Of a DNA stretch of 64,000 nt, positions 18,137 to 28,098 are shown one piece after another. Under the pieces are notes generated by a model that had not been told where the DNA came from, searched no databases, and worked only from the letters and a program-made list of their open reading frames with translations. Origin of the DNA: Thermoanaerobaculia bacterium (GTDB lineage: Bacteria > Acidobacteriota > Thermoanaerobaculia > UBA5066). The stretch spans positions 1,920,001 through 1,984,000 of the forward strand of contig CAVRAY010000001.1 in the NCBI GenBank assembly GCA_963719225.1. The letters run 5' to 3'. Numbering within the stretch: position 1 is the stretch's first letter; each line of letters opens with the position of its first letter. Both the position numbers and the translations under genes were made by a program.

Positions 18137-21100
18137 CAGACGTCTCTCCGCTCGATCGCGCGAATCGGATCCAGCAGCGGGTCGCCGGTCTCGGAGTCTC
18201 TCTTTCGCCCGGCTTGGGCGGCCGTCACCGCGACGTCCCCGCAGATCGACCGGAAGCGACAGAAGCGGCAATCGTCCGCGTCCGCCGTGTGCGGAAACGA
18301 CCCCGAGGCGACGAGCGCGAACAGGTCGTCGAGCGTCTCGTCGACGACGGCGTCTTCGGCCTCGAGCGTGAACCGCTGCATCTTTCCCTTCCGCGTCGGA
18401 AGGAGGTAACCAGAGGTCACCTCTGCGGCCCGGATGCCGGCGCGCTCGAGAAGGGCGGCGGCGGCCCGCTTGTAGAGGGCGTGCTGGAGCAGACGCCCGC
18501 CGCGCAGGGGCCGCTCCGCGCGATGCTCCTCCTTGAAAGCGTAATCGCCTCCGGACTTGTAGTCCCAGACGGCGTATCGCCCGGGCGCGGTCTCGTCGAT
18601 CCGGTCGATCTGGCCCTGTAGCAGGAACGAGCCGCCCGGAGTCCGGATCTCGACGGGCTCGGGCGAACCGAGCGGCTCGTCACGGCTCGCGCGTTTCAGC
18701 CCGAAGGGTACCTCGAACCACTTCGGCGTCGAGCTCGGATTCTCGGCCTCTGACCGAAGGAAGATGTCGCAGGCGGCGAAGAGCTCGTCCTCCTGCGCCC
18801 TCAGCGCGGCGAGGTTTGGCGGTGGGACGAGCTCCTTCCAACGCGCGATCTTCTTCCCGGCGACGGCCTTGAGGCGCGCGACGTCGCGCACGGGATCGAG
18901 CTTCACGCTCTCGGCGCGGAGGTCCGACATGAACGCGTAGAGCACCTCGTGAAGCAGATTCCCGAACTCGCGCGCGTTGAGCCACTCGCTCTCCGAGCGC
19001 TCTTCGTCGGGAGGCGAGAGGCCGAGGACGTACTCGTAGAAGTACATCCGGGGGCATTTCGCGAGCTTTTCGAGGCGGGAGGCCGAGAGAGGCTGCTTCG
19101 TCCTGCGGGGATCGAGATCGGCCGCGGCCGAGGATACGCGTCCGTCCCACGGCGTGAACGCCTCGCTTTCGCGCTCCCTCTCCGCGCGCGCTCCGTCCCG
19201 GAGCCAGGGGTAGGCGTTCTCGACCTCGGCGCGGAGTCCCCTCGCTCCTGTCGCGGCGCGGATCCGGGCGAGCCACCATTCGGTCTCGTCGAGCGGAGCG
19301 CCGCCCGGCACGAACGTCGCAGGCGCCCCGAGCGCCTTCGCGAGCGCGTCGTATCCGGCCTCGGGCGCGCCTTCGCGCTCGCGGAAGAGCTGCAGAAGGA
19401 CGGGCGAGGGAAAGCGCTCGGCGTCCTGAAGGATGTCGCGATTCGAAAACGAAAGAGCGACGGTTCCCCGCGCGCGCGCGAGAAGAGCGCGGAGAGCCTG
19501 GCGTCTCTCGTCGGCGGAGGTCAGGCCCGGGAGGCCGAGGCGCGAGGCGGGAGGAAGGGTGCGATTCAGCGCGTCGCGCTCGGAATCGAGAAGGACGGGA
19601 TCCTGGCGCGGCGGCCCCGGGAAGCGAGTTTCGTCGAGGCCCAGGACGAACGTCCGGGATCGGGCGGAATAGCCCGCGCGTGCCAGGCGTGCGACGTGGA
19701 CATGACCGGGCGCGGGTGTCGCCGAGACGACGGCGAGGCGCACGACCGCTTCCCGCAGGCGGTCGGCCGCCTCCGCCGTCGAGAGAGCACGTTCCGGAAG
19801 CTCCGCGAGCTGCTGAAAGAGGCCGGAGAGCGCCTCGGCCGCGGCCCCGTCCAGGTCGCTGCCCTTCGTGATCATTTCGCCGACGACCTCGTGACAAGCC
19901 GCGGCAAGGGCCGGAAGGGAAACGCGACGGCTCGAGATTTCCGGGCTGAGCTCGAAGAGCCGGCTCACGAACGCGCGCAGCGCCTCGGCGGCGGCGAGGC
20001 GCTCGGCCCGCGCGGCGTCGCGCGCGGAGTCCGTCTCGTCCTGGGGTTCCGGCTGTCTCTCCCGTTCGACGAGCGCGTCGAGGCGCGGCATGTAACGCGG
20101 CGCGCCGGCGAAGATGCGCGCCCGGCGGAGAAGCCGCGCCGCGCGGACGCCTCCGACGCGCGTGGCCGCTGGCTGGAACGGCTTCAACTCGGCGCGCCCG
20201 TCCGCGAGAAGGCGCTCCAGCGCCCCGACGCGGAAGTCGTGCGCGATCCAGTCGAGATAATCGAGGACGCCCTGTCCGGGCCGGGTGTAGGTGACCGGCA
20301 CGCCGTCGTCGAAGGTGCACGGAATCCCGTATTGCGACGCGAGCTCGTGGACGAGCGGTCGATACGTCGCGTCGTCGTCGAAGGCGATCTCGACGTCGTC
20401 GAGGCGCAGGCCCTCGTCGAGGATCCGCCGGAACGCGCCGCGAACTTCGTTCTCCTCGCTCAGGGCGTGCGAGAACGTCAGCGTCGACGGCGTGTGGCCG
20501 GTCCCGGGCGTGTCCTCGGCGAGAGGAACCGTCACGGGTGCGCATTTCGCGAGGAAACGCTTCTCGAGCGGCGCGAGCTCCAGCCCGGCAGGAAGGAGGA
20601 CGTGCGCCGACGGAGGAACGCGAAGAGCCGGGTCAACGCACGCCCGTGCCGCGCGGTCGAAGACCTCGGCGGCGTCGGCGGCGCCGAGCTTCTCGAGCAT
20701 CGCGTCGAAGGCCCGCGCGAGTGCCGCGAGCTCTCGCGCCTTCCGGGCGTCCTCGAACGCGTCCAGAGGAAGGGCGCCGGGCGCCACGCCGGCCCTTCGC
20801 AGCTCGTCGAGCGTGCGGTGAAGCGCGCGATGGAGTCCGACCCGCTCTCTCAGCCTTCCGAAATAGGAGTCGGCCTTCAGGACCTCGTCGCAGGCTGATT
20901 CCACGACGGCGAGGAGCTGCGCGCGCGAAAGCAGGCGGCGCCCGTCGGCGGCGAGGAACGGGCCGGCCACCTCGAGCGCGAGCGAGAACAGCGTCGCGGG
21001 CCTGAGGTTGAGGTGCGCGCAGCCCGAGCGTGCGAGCGTGTCGAGGATCTGCGTGCCGACCGCGAACGACGGGACGAGGAGGATCTTCTCGTCCAGGGAA

Positions 21101-21162
21101 TGATCTCCGCAGAACGCGGCGAGCTCCTGAAGGAGCCTGTTTCTCTCGACGGCCGCGCCCAT
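18136..21162 (-). CDS. addB: AddB-like PD-(D/E)XK nuclease with Fe-S cluster cysteines
   Basis: SASRLE..KCP, GQIDRID..WDYKS, CRFCRFRSIC. Lies directly upstream of addA. Confidence 0.85.
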   Translation of the reverse strand: MGAAVERNRLLQELAAFCGDHSLDEKILLVPSFAVGTQILDTLARSGCAHLNLRPATLFSLALEVAGPFLAADGRRLLSRAQLLAVVESACDEVLKADSYFGRLRERVGLHRALHRTLDELRRAGVAPGALPLDAFEDARKARELAALARAFDAMLEKLGAADAAEVFDRAARACVDPALRVPPSAHVLLPAGLELAPLEKRFLAKCAPVTVPLAEDTPGTGHTPSTLTFSHALSEENEVRGAFRRILDEGLRLDDVEIAFDDDATYRPLVHELASQYGIPCTFDDGVPVTYTRPGQGVLDYLDWIAHDFRVGALERLLADGRAELKPFQPAATRVGGVRAARLLRRARIFAGAPRYMPRLDALVERERQPEPQDETDSARDAARAERLAAAEALRAFVSRLFELSPEISSRRVSLPALAAACHEVVGEMITKGSDLDGAAAEALSGLFQQLAELPERALSTAEAADRLREAVVRLAVVSATPAPGHVHVARLARAGYSARSRTFVLGLDETRFPGPPRQDPVLLDSERDALNRTLPPASRLGLPGLTSADERRQALRALLARARGTVALSFSNRDILQDAERFPSPVLLQLFREREGAPEAGYDALAKALGAPATFVPGGAPLDETEWWLARIRAATGARGLRAEVENAYPWLRDGARAERERESEAFTPWDGRVSSAAADLDPRRTKQPLSASRLEKLAKCPRMYFYEYVLGLSPPDEERSESEWLNAREFGNLLHEVLYAFMSDLRAESVKLDPVRDVARLKAVAGKKIARWKELVPPPNLAALRAQEDELFAACDIFLRSEAENPSSTPKWFEVPFGLKRASRDEPLGSPEPVEIRTPGGSFLLQGQIDRIDETAPGRYAVWDYKSGGDYAFKEEHRAERPLRGGRLLQHALYKRAAAALLERAGIRAAEVTSGYLLPTRKGKMQRFTLEAEDAVVDETLDDLFALVASGSFPHTADADDCRFCRFRSICGDVAVTAAQAGRKRDSETGDPLLDPIRAIERRDV

Positions 21163-21305
21163 GCCGCGAGCTTAAGCGAAGCGAGGAAGGGGGCACGGGG
21201 GAAACGCGAACGTGTTTCCCCCGCTGGCTCGCAGATGCCGGGCCCGCCTGTCCCAGTTCGGACCGCGAAGCGGTCCGCGGGCCCGGCGTGTGATCATCGC
21301 GCCGC

Positions 21306-22838
21306 ATGGAAGGCGTCTCGCTCGGGCTGCCGACGCTGATCGCGATCGCCGTGTACCTCGCCGGCATCAACGTCCTCGGCGCGGTGCTCGGGCGGGGCCA
21401 GAAGGACGCGAAGGACTATTTCCTGGGCTCTCACGCGATGCCCTGGTGGGCCGTGATGGCCTCGATCGTCGCGACGGAGACCTCGGCGCTCACGTTCCTT
21501 TCCGTCCCCGGAGACGCCTACCGCACGGGCTTCACGTTTCTGCAGCTCGCGTTCGGCTATCTCCTCGGGCGCATCGCGGTCTCGTCGCTGCTCCTGCCCG
21601 GCTACTTTCAGGGCGAGATCACGACCGCCTACGCGCTCCTCGAACGGCGGTTCGGCGTCGGCGCGCGTCGCTTCACGTCGCTCATCTTCATGGTCACGCG
21701 CGTCATGGCCGCGAGCGTCCGCCTCGCGGTTCCCGCGATCCCGATCGCGCTCATCCTCGGCATTCCCGTGTGGATCGCGATCCTGTTGCTCGCGGCCGCG
21801 ACGGCTCTCTACACGTTCCTGGGGGGCCTCAAGGCCGTCATCTGGATCGATCTGATCCAGGTCGTCGTGTATCTCTCGGGCGCGATCATGGCGTTATGGG
21901 TGCTTCTCAATTCGTTCGGCGGGGGATTCGGAGGATTTCAAGAGATTCTTAGAAGGTGCAATGCGCTGGGGAACCCGGTTCGGCTCATTAACCTTTCTAA
22001 GAACTTTGCAGAACCCTACACTTTGTGGGCAGGTGTCATCGGAGGAGCCGTGCTTGCGATGGCCTCGCACGGCGCCGACCAGCTCATCGTCCAGCGGCTC
22101 CTCGCGTGTCGCGGCCTGCGCGACGCGCAGAAGGCCCTCGTCGGGAGCGGCGTCCTCGTGATCCTGCAGTTCTGCCTTTTCCTCGCCGTCGGAGTCGGAC
22201 TCTTCGCGTTCTACGGAGGGCGCGCCGTGGGCCCGGGCGGGTTCGCGACGAGCGACGAGATCTTCCCGGCGTTCATCGTCGGCCATCTCCCGCCCTTCAT
22301 TTCCGCGTATCTCATCGCCGGCATCTTCTCGGCGGCCATGTGCTCGGAGTCGTCCGCGCTCAACTCGCTCGCCTCGGCGCTCTCGCTCGACATCGTGGCG
22401 CCGCTGCTCGGGAGGAAGTACGTGGAAGGGAAGAGGGGCCTCGTCCTCGGGAAGATTCTGACGCTGTTCTGGACGGTCGTTCTCGCCGGGCTGGCCGTCG
22501 GCTTCTCGCGCCTGCCGCAGAACGTCCCGGCCGTACAGGTCGCGCTGGGCCTCGCGAGCGTGACGGCGGGCGGCCTCCTCGGCGCATTCCTGCTCGCGCT
22601 TTGGGCGAAGAAGGCGACTCAGACGGACGCGATGATCGGCATCGCCACGTCGGCCGTCTTCATGTTCGTCCTGTGGCTCGGATCGAAGGGCTGGGTGCCG
22701 TTCACGCTCGGGAAAATGATCGCGTGGCCGTGGTACTCGCTCCTCGGCTCGACGATCGCGTTCGGGACGGGGTGGCTCCTGTCACAGCGCCATACGACGC
22801 GAGGCCCGCGGTTCGGTGTGCCGCCGTCCCCGAGCTGA
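21306..22838 (+). CDS. Sodium:solute symporter (SSS) family transporter
   Basis: DYFLG, SIVATETSALTF, YALLERRFG, YT.LGGLKAVIW.D, DQLIVQRLLA. Confidence 0.92.
   Translation: MEGVSLGLPTLIAIAVYLAGINVLGAVLGRGQKDAKDYFLGSHAMPWWAVMASIVATETSALTFLSVPGDAYRTGFTFLQLAFGYLLGRIAVSSLLLPGYFQGEITTAYALLERRFGVGARRFTSLIFMVTRVMAASVRLAVPAIPIALILGIPVWIAILLLAAATALYTFLGGLKAVIWIDLIQVVVYLSGAIMALWVLLNSFGGGFGGFQEILRRCNALGNPVRLINLSKNFAEPYTLWAGVIGGAVLAMASHGADQLIVQRLLACRGLRDAQKALVGSGVLVILQFCLFLAVGVGLFAFYGGRAVGPGGFATSDEIFPAFIVGHLPPFISAYLIAGIFSAAMCSESSALNSLASALSLDIVAPLLGRKYVEGKRGLVLGKILTLFWTVVLAGLAVGFSRLPQNVPAVQVALGLASVTAGGLLGAFLLALWAKKATQTDAMIGIATSAVFMFVLWLGSKGWVPFTLGKMIAWPWYSLLGSTIAFGTGWLLSQRHTTRGPRFGVPPSPS
21941..22006. 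repeat. Inverted pair of TTCTTAGAA motif inside the SSS symporter CDS
   Basis: AGAGATTCTTAGAAGGT (21946-21954) and ACCTTTCTAAGAACTT (21995-22003). Confidence 0.8.
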
Positions 22839-23069
22839 TCAGCTCCGACGCCGGACGAGTACCGCGATGGCCAGTCCGAGTCCGGCTGCAAGCCCGGCGC
22901 CGACGAGCGTGACCGCCGTACGGTGGCGCCGCAGCTGCAGCCGCCAGTCCAGGGCCTCGTGGCGCCGGCGGTCGATTTCCGCGAGGTACGCCCCGAGATC
23001 GGAGCGCGCCTTCTCGATGTCCTGAACGACCTCGGAGGCCTTCCGCTCGCGAGAGGTGTCGGCTCTCAT
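22839..23069 (-). CDS. Small membrane-anchored DUF3618-like protein
   Basis: DIEKARSDL helix and C-terminal TM segment. ATG 23069 overlaps the upstream stop, the usual partner of holin-like (YqjE) domains. Confidence 0.6.
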   Translation of the reverse strand: MRADTSRERKASEVVQDIEKARSDLGAYLAEIDRRRHEALDWRLQLRRHRTAVTLVGAGLAAGLGLAIAVLVRRRS

Positions 23070-24514
23070 GCGAATCGATTGCGGAGCCATTGGAACGTCT
23101 CCTCGAGTGAGCGCCTCGTCTCCCGAAGTGGCGCGGTGACGTTGTGGGCACGTGCCAGGAGCAGGAATGCGACGGTCAGGACGAGCAGCGGCGCGCTCAC
23201 GAGAAGAGCCGCCGCCCAGCCCGGCATCGTCCGGGCGAGGGCGAGAACGACCGCGACGAGAAGCATCTGGAGGAACGAGACCGCGGTGAGCAGCGCGATC
23301 GCGGCGTCCTTTGCCAGCTTGAGCTCCGCGCGCAGGTCTTCCCGGATCTCCGTCTTCGCGAGCTCGGCTTCCTCACGCAGGAGTCGCTCGGCCCTTTCGA
23401 CCGCGCCGGAAACGAGCGCCCCCAGCGGCACGTTTTCGAGAGGACGAGTCGTGGATTCGAGCGCGGCTTCGGTCTTTTCCATGGAGCCCTCCTCGTTTTC
23501 GGGGTCGTTGCCCTCGAGCAGCTGGCGCTGCCCGGAAAGCGCCCTCGAGAGTTGCAAAGCCTGTCGATACACGATCTGCCAGTCGTCGTAGCCGACGGGC
23601 AATTTCACGATGTCCTCCGCGATTCCATCGAGACTGCGCGTGAGAACGAAAGACCGCGCGTGGGCGCGGTGCGCCGTTCCGAACGCCTTCCACACGTCCT
23701 TGATTCGGAGCTCGATGGCCTGAGCTGCCGGATCCATCGACTGAAACGCGTCCGTACGGGTCATCGCCTCGGCAATGAGCCCGTGCGCGCGGGAGGTCGT
23801 GGTCCCGGGCCCGTGAAGCGTGACGCCGTGCATCGTCACCGTGACGTCCAGACCTGGCGCCCGGAAATACCGGATTCGGGCCTGTTCGGCGCCGAACGCA
23901 TCCCCGCCGAGGTTCGCGAGAATGGCCGCGGGCGCCTTCATCCAGAACGTCGGCTCTTCGCGCCGCAGCGAAAGGCCGTGAAGCTCGAGGACGCGCGTCG
24001 AGATCCGGACGACCTCGTCGAAAGCCGCGGGCTCGATGGAGAGAGGAACGGTGTCGTCGCGCAGACCCTTCAGGACGGCGACGAGCTTCCGAATCGGCGT
24101 GGAGACGAGCAGCACGAGGAACGCTCCGGCCAACGCGACCGTGATCGGAAATCCCCGAGCGACCCGTTTCAGCCCCGACTCGTGGCGGGCGCGCGGCGAA
24201 CGGTTCGCGAAAACGATCCCAACCACGACGGGCACGGCCACCGCGAGAAAGATCCAGCCGAGGCGGACGGCCGGCGTCGAGACGGACTTCGGAAGCGGGA
24301 CGAACGCGAGCACGAAGGCCGCGACCTTCGGAGCGACGATGCCGACCGCGAGCAGCGGCCAGGCGGCCGCCGCGGCGAGGAGAGCGGAGAGCCAGGCTTG
24401 TTCGCGCTCGCTGGTCCTGCCGAAGAGGGCCAGGACGGCCCAGCCGAGGAGGGCGCTGAAGATTTTGCCGGCCGAGCGGGAGATGAGAGCGAGGATTGCC
24501 TGCAAAACGGCCAT
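23066..24514 (-). CDS. Membrane protein with C-terminal phage-holin-family (YqjE/DUF1469-like) domain
   Basis: N-terminal TM domain, C-terminal LLREEAELAKTEIRE motif followed by two TM helices. Confidence 0.7.
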   Translation of the reverse strand: MAVLQAILALISRSAGKIFSALLGWAVLALFGRTSEREQAWLSALLAAAAAWPLLAVGIVAPKVAAFVLAFVPLPKSVSTPAVRLGWIFLAVAVPVVVGIVFANRSPRARHESGLKRVARGFPITVALAGAFLVLLVSTPIRKLVAVLKGLRDDTVPLSIEPAAFDEVVRISTRVLELHGLSLRREEPTFWMKAPAAILANLGGDAFGAEQARIRYFRAPGLDVTVTMHGVTLHGPGTTTSRAHGLIAEAMTRTDAFQSMDPAAQAIELRIKDVWKAFGTAHRAHARSFVLTRSLDGIAEDIVKLPVGYDDWQIVYRQALQLSRALSGQRQLLEGNDPENEEGSMEKTEAALESTTRPLENVPLGALVSGAVERAERLLREEAELAKTEIREDLRAELKLAKDAAIALLTAVSFLQMLLVAVVLALARTMPGWAAALLVSAPLLVLTVAFLLLARAHNVTAPLRETRRSLEETFQWLRNRFA

Positions 24515-24545
24515 GCCCTCGGGAGAGCAAACGCCGCGCCAGCGC

Positions 24546-24980
24546 TCACATGCCCAACATCACCCTTGCCACGCGCGACATCATCTCCGCGGTCCAGGGC
24601 GGCTCCCAGACGAGCTCGACCTTCGCATCGGTGATGCCGGGGATGGCCTTGATCTTCGTCTCGACCTCGCCCGGCAGGGAGCCTGCGACCGGACACGCGG
24701 GCGCCGTCAGCGTCATCTTCACGTTCGCGACGCCTTCGGGTGACACGCGCACGTCGTAGATCAGCCCCAGCTCCCAGATGTTCACGGGGATCTCGGGGTC
24801 GAAGCACTTCTTCAAGGCCTCATCGATGACCTTCTGCTCGAGAGGACTGGGAGAAGAGGAAGACGAAGATTGCTCGGATGACACGGGGTCGGACGCCGCA
24901 GACTGTACCGCCGATGCCGCGTACGCTTCGCCAGTGCTCTTGCCCTTATTACCTTCTAAGAAATCTTTCTCTTCTCCCAT
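24546..24980 (-). CDS. sufT: SUF Fe-S assembly protein SufT (DUF59)
   Basis: DPEIPVNIWELGLIY, MTLTAPACP, WEPPW. Last gene of the suf operon, with a low-complexity N-terminal extension. Confidence 0.88.
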   Translation of the reverse strand: MGEEKDFLEGNKGKSTGEAYAASAVQSAASDPVSSEQSSSSSSPSPLEQKVIDEALKKCFDPEIPVNIWELGLIYDVRVSPEGVANVKMTLTAPACPVAGSLPGEVETKIKAIPGITDAKVELVWEPPWTAEMMSRVARVMLGM

Positions 24981-25007
24981 TTCTCTATCTATTCTTTCTT
25001 TCTTTAA

Positions 25008-25460
25008 TTACTCGGTCTTCGCGACTTCATGCGAGTCCTTCAGCGCCGACTCGAGCGTGTGCCACGCGAGCGTCGCGCACTTGACGCGGACGGGGAACTC
25101 GCGGACGCCGGAGAAGACGGCCAGCTTGCCGAGCCCAGAGCCGTCGGCCTTGACATCCGGCGGCCCGGTGAGGAGCTCGTGGAACTTCGCGTAGAGCTCT
25201 TCGGCTTCCGCGAGGCTCCTGCCCTTGACCGCGTCCGTCATGAGCGACGCGGATGCCTTCGAGATCGCGCACCCCGAGCCCTGGAACGCGACGTCCGCGA
25301 TGCGGTCGCCTTCGACTTTCACGTAGAGCTTCAGCTTGTCGCCGCAGAGCGGGTTGTTGCCCAGCGCGAGGCGCGTGGCGTCCGGCATCTCCCGGAAATT
25401 GTGCGGAGACTTGTTGTGGTCGAGGATGACCTCCTGATACAGGTCGCGGAGGTCCGTCAT
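25008..25460 (-). CDS. sufU: SUF sulfur-transfer protein SufU
   Basis: LYQEVILDH, NPLCGD, GCAISKASAS, RVKCATLAW. ATG 25460. Confidence 0.92.
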   Translation of the reverse strand: MTDLRDLYQEVILDHNKSPHNFREMPDATRLALGNNPLCGDKLKLYVKVEGDRIADVAFQGSGCAISKASASLMTDAVKGRSLAEAEELYAKFHELLTGPPDVKADGSGLGKLAVFSGVREFPVRVKCATLAWHTLESALKDSHEVAKTE

Positions 25461-26719
25461 CAGCCGAACACCTCGCGCACCTTCTCGATTCCCGCCGCGA
25501 GGGCGTCGACTTCCGCGCGCGTGTTGTAGAGGCCGAACGAGGCCCGTGCCGTGGCGGGAAGGCCGAAGCGGTCCATGACGGGCTGCGCGCAGTGGTGGCC
25601 CGTCCGGATGGCGATGCCCTCGCGGTCGAGGATCGTGCCGATGTCGTGCGGGTGCACGTTCTCGAGGACGAACGAGATCACGGCGGCCTTCTCCTTCGCC
25701 CGGCCCACGATCGTGACGCCGGGAATGCCGGAGAGCTTCTTCGTGCCGTGGACGAGGAGTTCGTGCTCGTGCTCGGCCACCGCGGCGAGCCCCGTGCCTT
25801 TCAGCCAGTCGGCGGCGACGCCGAAAGCGATCCCGCCGGCGATGTTCGCGGTGCCCGCCTCGAACTTCCAGGGCAGGACGTTGTACGTGGTCTTCTCGAA
25901 CGTGACGGACGAGATCATGTCGCCCCCGCCCTGGTAGGGGGGCAGCTTCTCGAGCCATTCCTCGGTGCCGTAGAGCGCGCCAATACCCGTCGGCCCGTAC
26001 ATCTTGTGGCCCGAGATCGCGTAGAAGTCGCAGCCGAGCTCCACGACGTCGATCGGGAGGTGCGGCGCGGCCTGAGCGCCGTCCACGAGGACGGGAACGC
26101 CCCGCGCGTGCGCGAGCGCGATGAACGTCTTCACGGGGTTCACGGTGCCGAGCGCGTTCGAGACGTGCGATACGGCGGCGAGCTTCGTCCGCGGCGTCAG
26201 GCGCCTTTCGAACTCGTCGACCGGCACTTCGCCCCCGTCGGTGATCGGCACGACGACGAGCTTCGCGCCCGTCCTCTCGCAGGCGAGCTGCCACGGCACG
26301 ATGTTCGAGTGATGCTCGAGGCCGGTGATGAGGACTTCGTCGCCCGCCTTCAGGAAATCCCGGGCGAATCCGGCCGCGACGAGGTTGATCGCCTCCGTCG
26401 TGCCGCGCGTGAAGACGATTTCCTTCGGTGAGGCGGCCCCGAGAAAGCGCGCGACCTTTTCGCGGCCGCCTTCGTAGGCCTCGGTGGCCTTCTCGGAAAG
26501 CCAGTGCGTGCCCCGGTGGATGTTCGCGTTCTCTTCCTCGTAGTAGCGCCGAATCGCGTCGATCACGACCCTAGGCTTCTGCGTCGTGTTCGCGTTGTCG
26601 AGGTAGACGAGGGGCTTGCCGTATACCGAGCGCGAAAGGATCGGGAACTCGGCGCGGACGCGCTCCACGTCGTACGCGCGGGCGCGCGGCTCGGAAGCGG
26701 TCTTCGTGACGGCGCTCAT
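25460..26719 (-). CDS. sufS: Cysteine desulfurase SufS
   Basis: VYLDNA, EHHSN, SGHKMYGPTG, RTGHHCAQP. Confidence 0.95.
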   Translation of the reverse strand: MSAVTKTASEPRARAYDVERVRAEFPILSRSVYGKPLVYLDNANTTQKPRVVIDAIRRYYEEENANIHRGTHWLSEKATEAYEGGREKVARFLGAASPKEIVFTRGTTEAINLVAAGFARDFLKAGDEVLITGLEHHSNIVPWQLACERTGAKLVVVPITDGGEVPVDEFERRLTPRTKLAAVSHVSNALGTVNPVKTFIALAHARGVPVLVDGAQAAPHLPIDVVELGCDFYAISGHKMYGPTGIGALYGTEEWLEKLPPYQGGGDMISSVTFEKTTYNVLPWKFEAGTANIAGGIAFGVAADWLKGTGLAAVAEHEHELLVHGTKKLSGIPGVTIVGRAKEKAAVISFVLENVHPHDIGTILDREGIAIRTGHHCAQPVMDRFGLPATARASFGLYNTRAEVDALAAGIEKVREVFG

Positions 26720-28098
26720 CGGCTCTCCGGAGCCGCGAGGTTCGCGGGCAGCCACGCGCGGAGGTGCCCCTCGAGGAAGGCCCTGACGTCGCGGGAGGCC
26801 ACCTTCTCGATCATCTCGCTGCCGAACGCGTACGTGAGGAGGGCGCGCGCCGCCTCGGGCGAGAGGCCGCGCGAGCGGAGGTAGAAGACGGCGTCCGCGT
26901 CGAGGCGTCCCGTCGTGGAGCCGTGCGAGCAGCGGACGTCGTTGTTGTGGATCTCGAGCTGCGGCTTGCTGTCGACGAGGGCGTTGTCCGAGAGGATGAG
27001 GTTGCGGTTCGTCTGGCGCGCGTCGGTTCGCGCGGCCCCGGGACGCACGACGATCTTGCCGTCGAAGACCCCGCGGCCCGTCCCATCGAGGACGCCCTTG
27101 TAGAGCTCGACGCTGTTGGCGCGAGGCGCCACGTGGTCGATGAGCGTGTGACAGTCGACGTGCTGGCCCGAGTCCGCGCAGAAGAGGCCGTTGAGCTCGG
27201 TTCCCGCCCCTTCGCCCGCGAGGTCCATCGCGAGCTCGTTGCGGACGAGCCTGCCGCCGAACGAAAAGACGTGGGACGCGGACGTCGCGCCCGCGGCGTG
27301 GGCGACCGAGAGATTCCCGACGTGAAACGACTCCGGACCCTCGAGCTGGAGCTTGACGTGATTGATGCGCGCGTCCCGCGCGAGGGAAACGTCCGTCCGG
27401 GTGTTCATGAAGGACGGGCCGCCGGCACCGAGATAGGTCTCGATCACCGTGGCCGAGGAATTCTCTTCGAAGGTGAAGAGATTCCGCGTGTGCACCATCC
27501 GGGGCGCTTCCGAGGAGCCAGGGGGCGTCGCGACGTGAAGGATGAAGAGGGGCTCTTCGAGGCGGACGCCGGCGGCGACGCGAAGAACGACACCTTCGTC
27601 CAGAAAAGCATCACCGAGAGCGGCAAAACTGCCCCGCGCGGGACCCTCAGCCGCGGCCGACGCGACGAGGGCCTTCTCGACGACCTCCGGCGATTCCCGG
27701 AGGACCGTCCCCATCCATTCGAAGAAGACCCCCGGGGGAAGAGCTCCGGCGTTTCGACGCAGGTGTCGCCCGTTCACGAACGCGAGCCTCGGCTCCGAAG
27801 CCGAAAATCCGATCGTTCCGAGCCGCGCCTCCATCTCGAGGGCCGCGGTCCGCTCGGCGAGGGAGACCTCGTCGGGGGGGAGGCCGAATCCCGTTCGGGT
27901 CAGCGGCGCGAGGTTCGTGAATCGCCATTCCTCGTCGTACGTCGAGGGAAACCCGAGCCGCTCGAATCCCGCGAGACCGTTCCGGCGCAGCTTCTGCAGC
28001 CAGGGCGGGCCCGGACGGGAGGCGGCAAAGTCCGAGGCCTGCGCCGCGAGCGCCGCGACTCCCTCGTGGAGCACCAGGGGCCGGGCCGCGCGCGTCAT
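26716..28098 (-). CDS. sufD: Fe-S assembly protein SufD
   Basis: EEWRFT, PQLEI..DVRCSHG, FYLRSRG. Confidence 0.92.
   Translation of the reverse strand: MTRAARPLVLHEGVAALAAQASDFAASRPGPPWLQKLRRNGLAGFERLGFPSTYDEEWRFTNLAPLTRTGFGLPPDEVSLAERTAALEMEARLGTIGFSASEPRLAFVNGRHLRRNAGALPPGVFFEWMGTVLRESPEVVEKALVASAAAEGPARGSFAALGDAFLDEGVVLRVAAGVRLEEPLFILHVATPPGSSEAPRMVHTRNLFTFEENSSATVIETYLGAGGPSFMNTRTDVSLARDARINHVKLQLEGPESFHVGNLSVAHAAGATSASHVFSFGGRLVRNELAMDLAGEGAGTELNGLFCADSGQHVDCHTLIDHVAPRANSVELYKGVLDGTGRGVFDGKIVVRPGAARTDARQTNRNLILSDNALVDSKPQLEIHNNDVRCSHGSTTGRLDADAVFYLRSRGLSPEAARALLTYAFGSEMIEKVASRDVRAFLEGHLRAWLPANLAAPESR

Noticed and set aside
14774-21162. TTCTTAGAA motif as the Chi site of the local AddAB
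   Set aside because: Chi sites are typically strand-skewed with replication, while this motif occurs equally on both strands in inverted pairs. Not formally excluded.
23066-23482. Prophage implied by the holin-family domain
   Set aside because: No phage genes are nearby, and YqjE-like plus DUF3618-like pairs are normal chromosomal genes.
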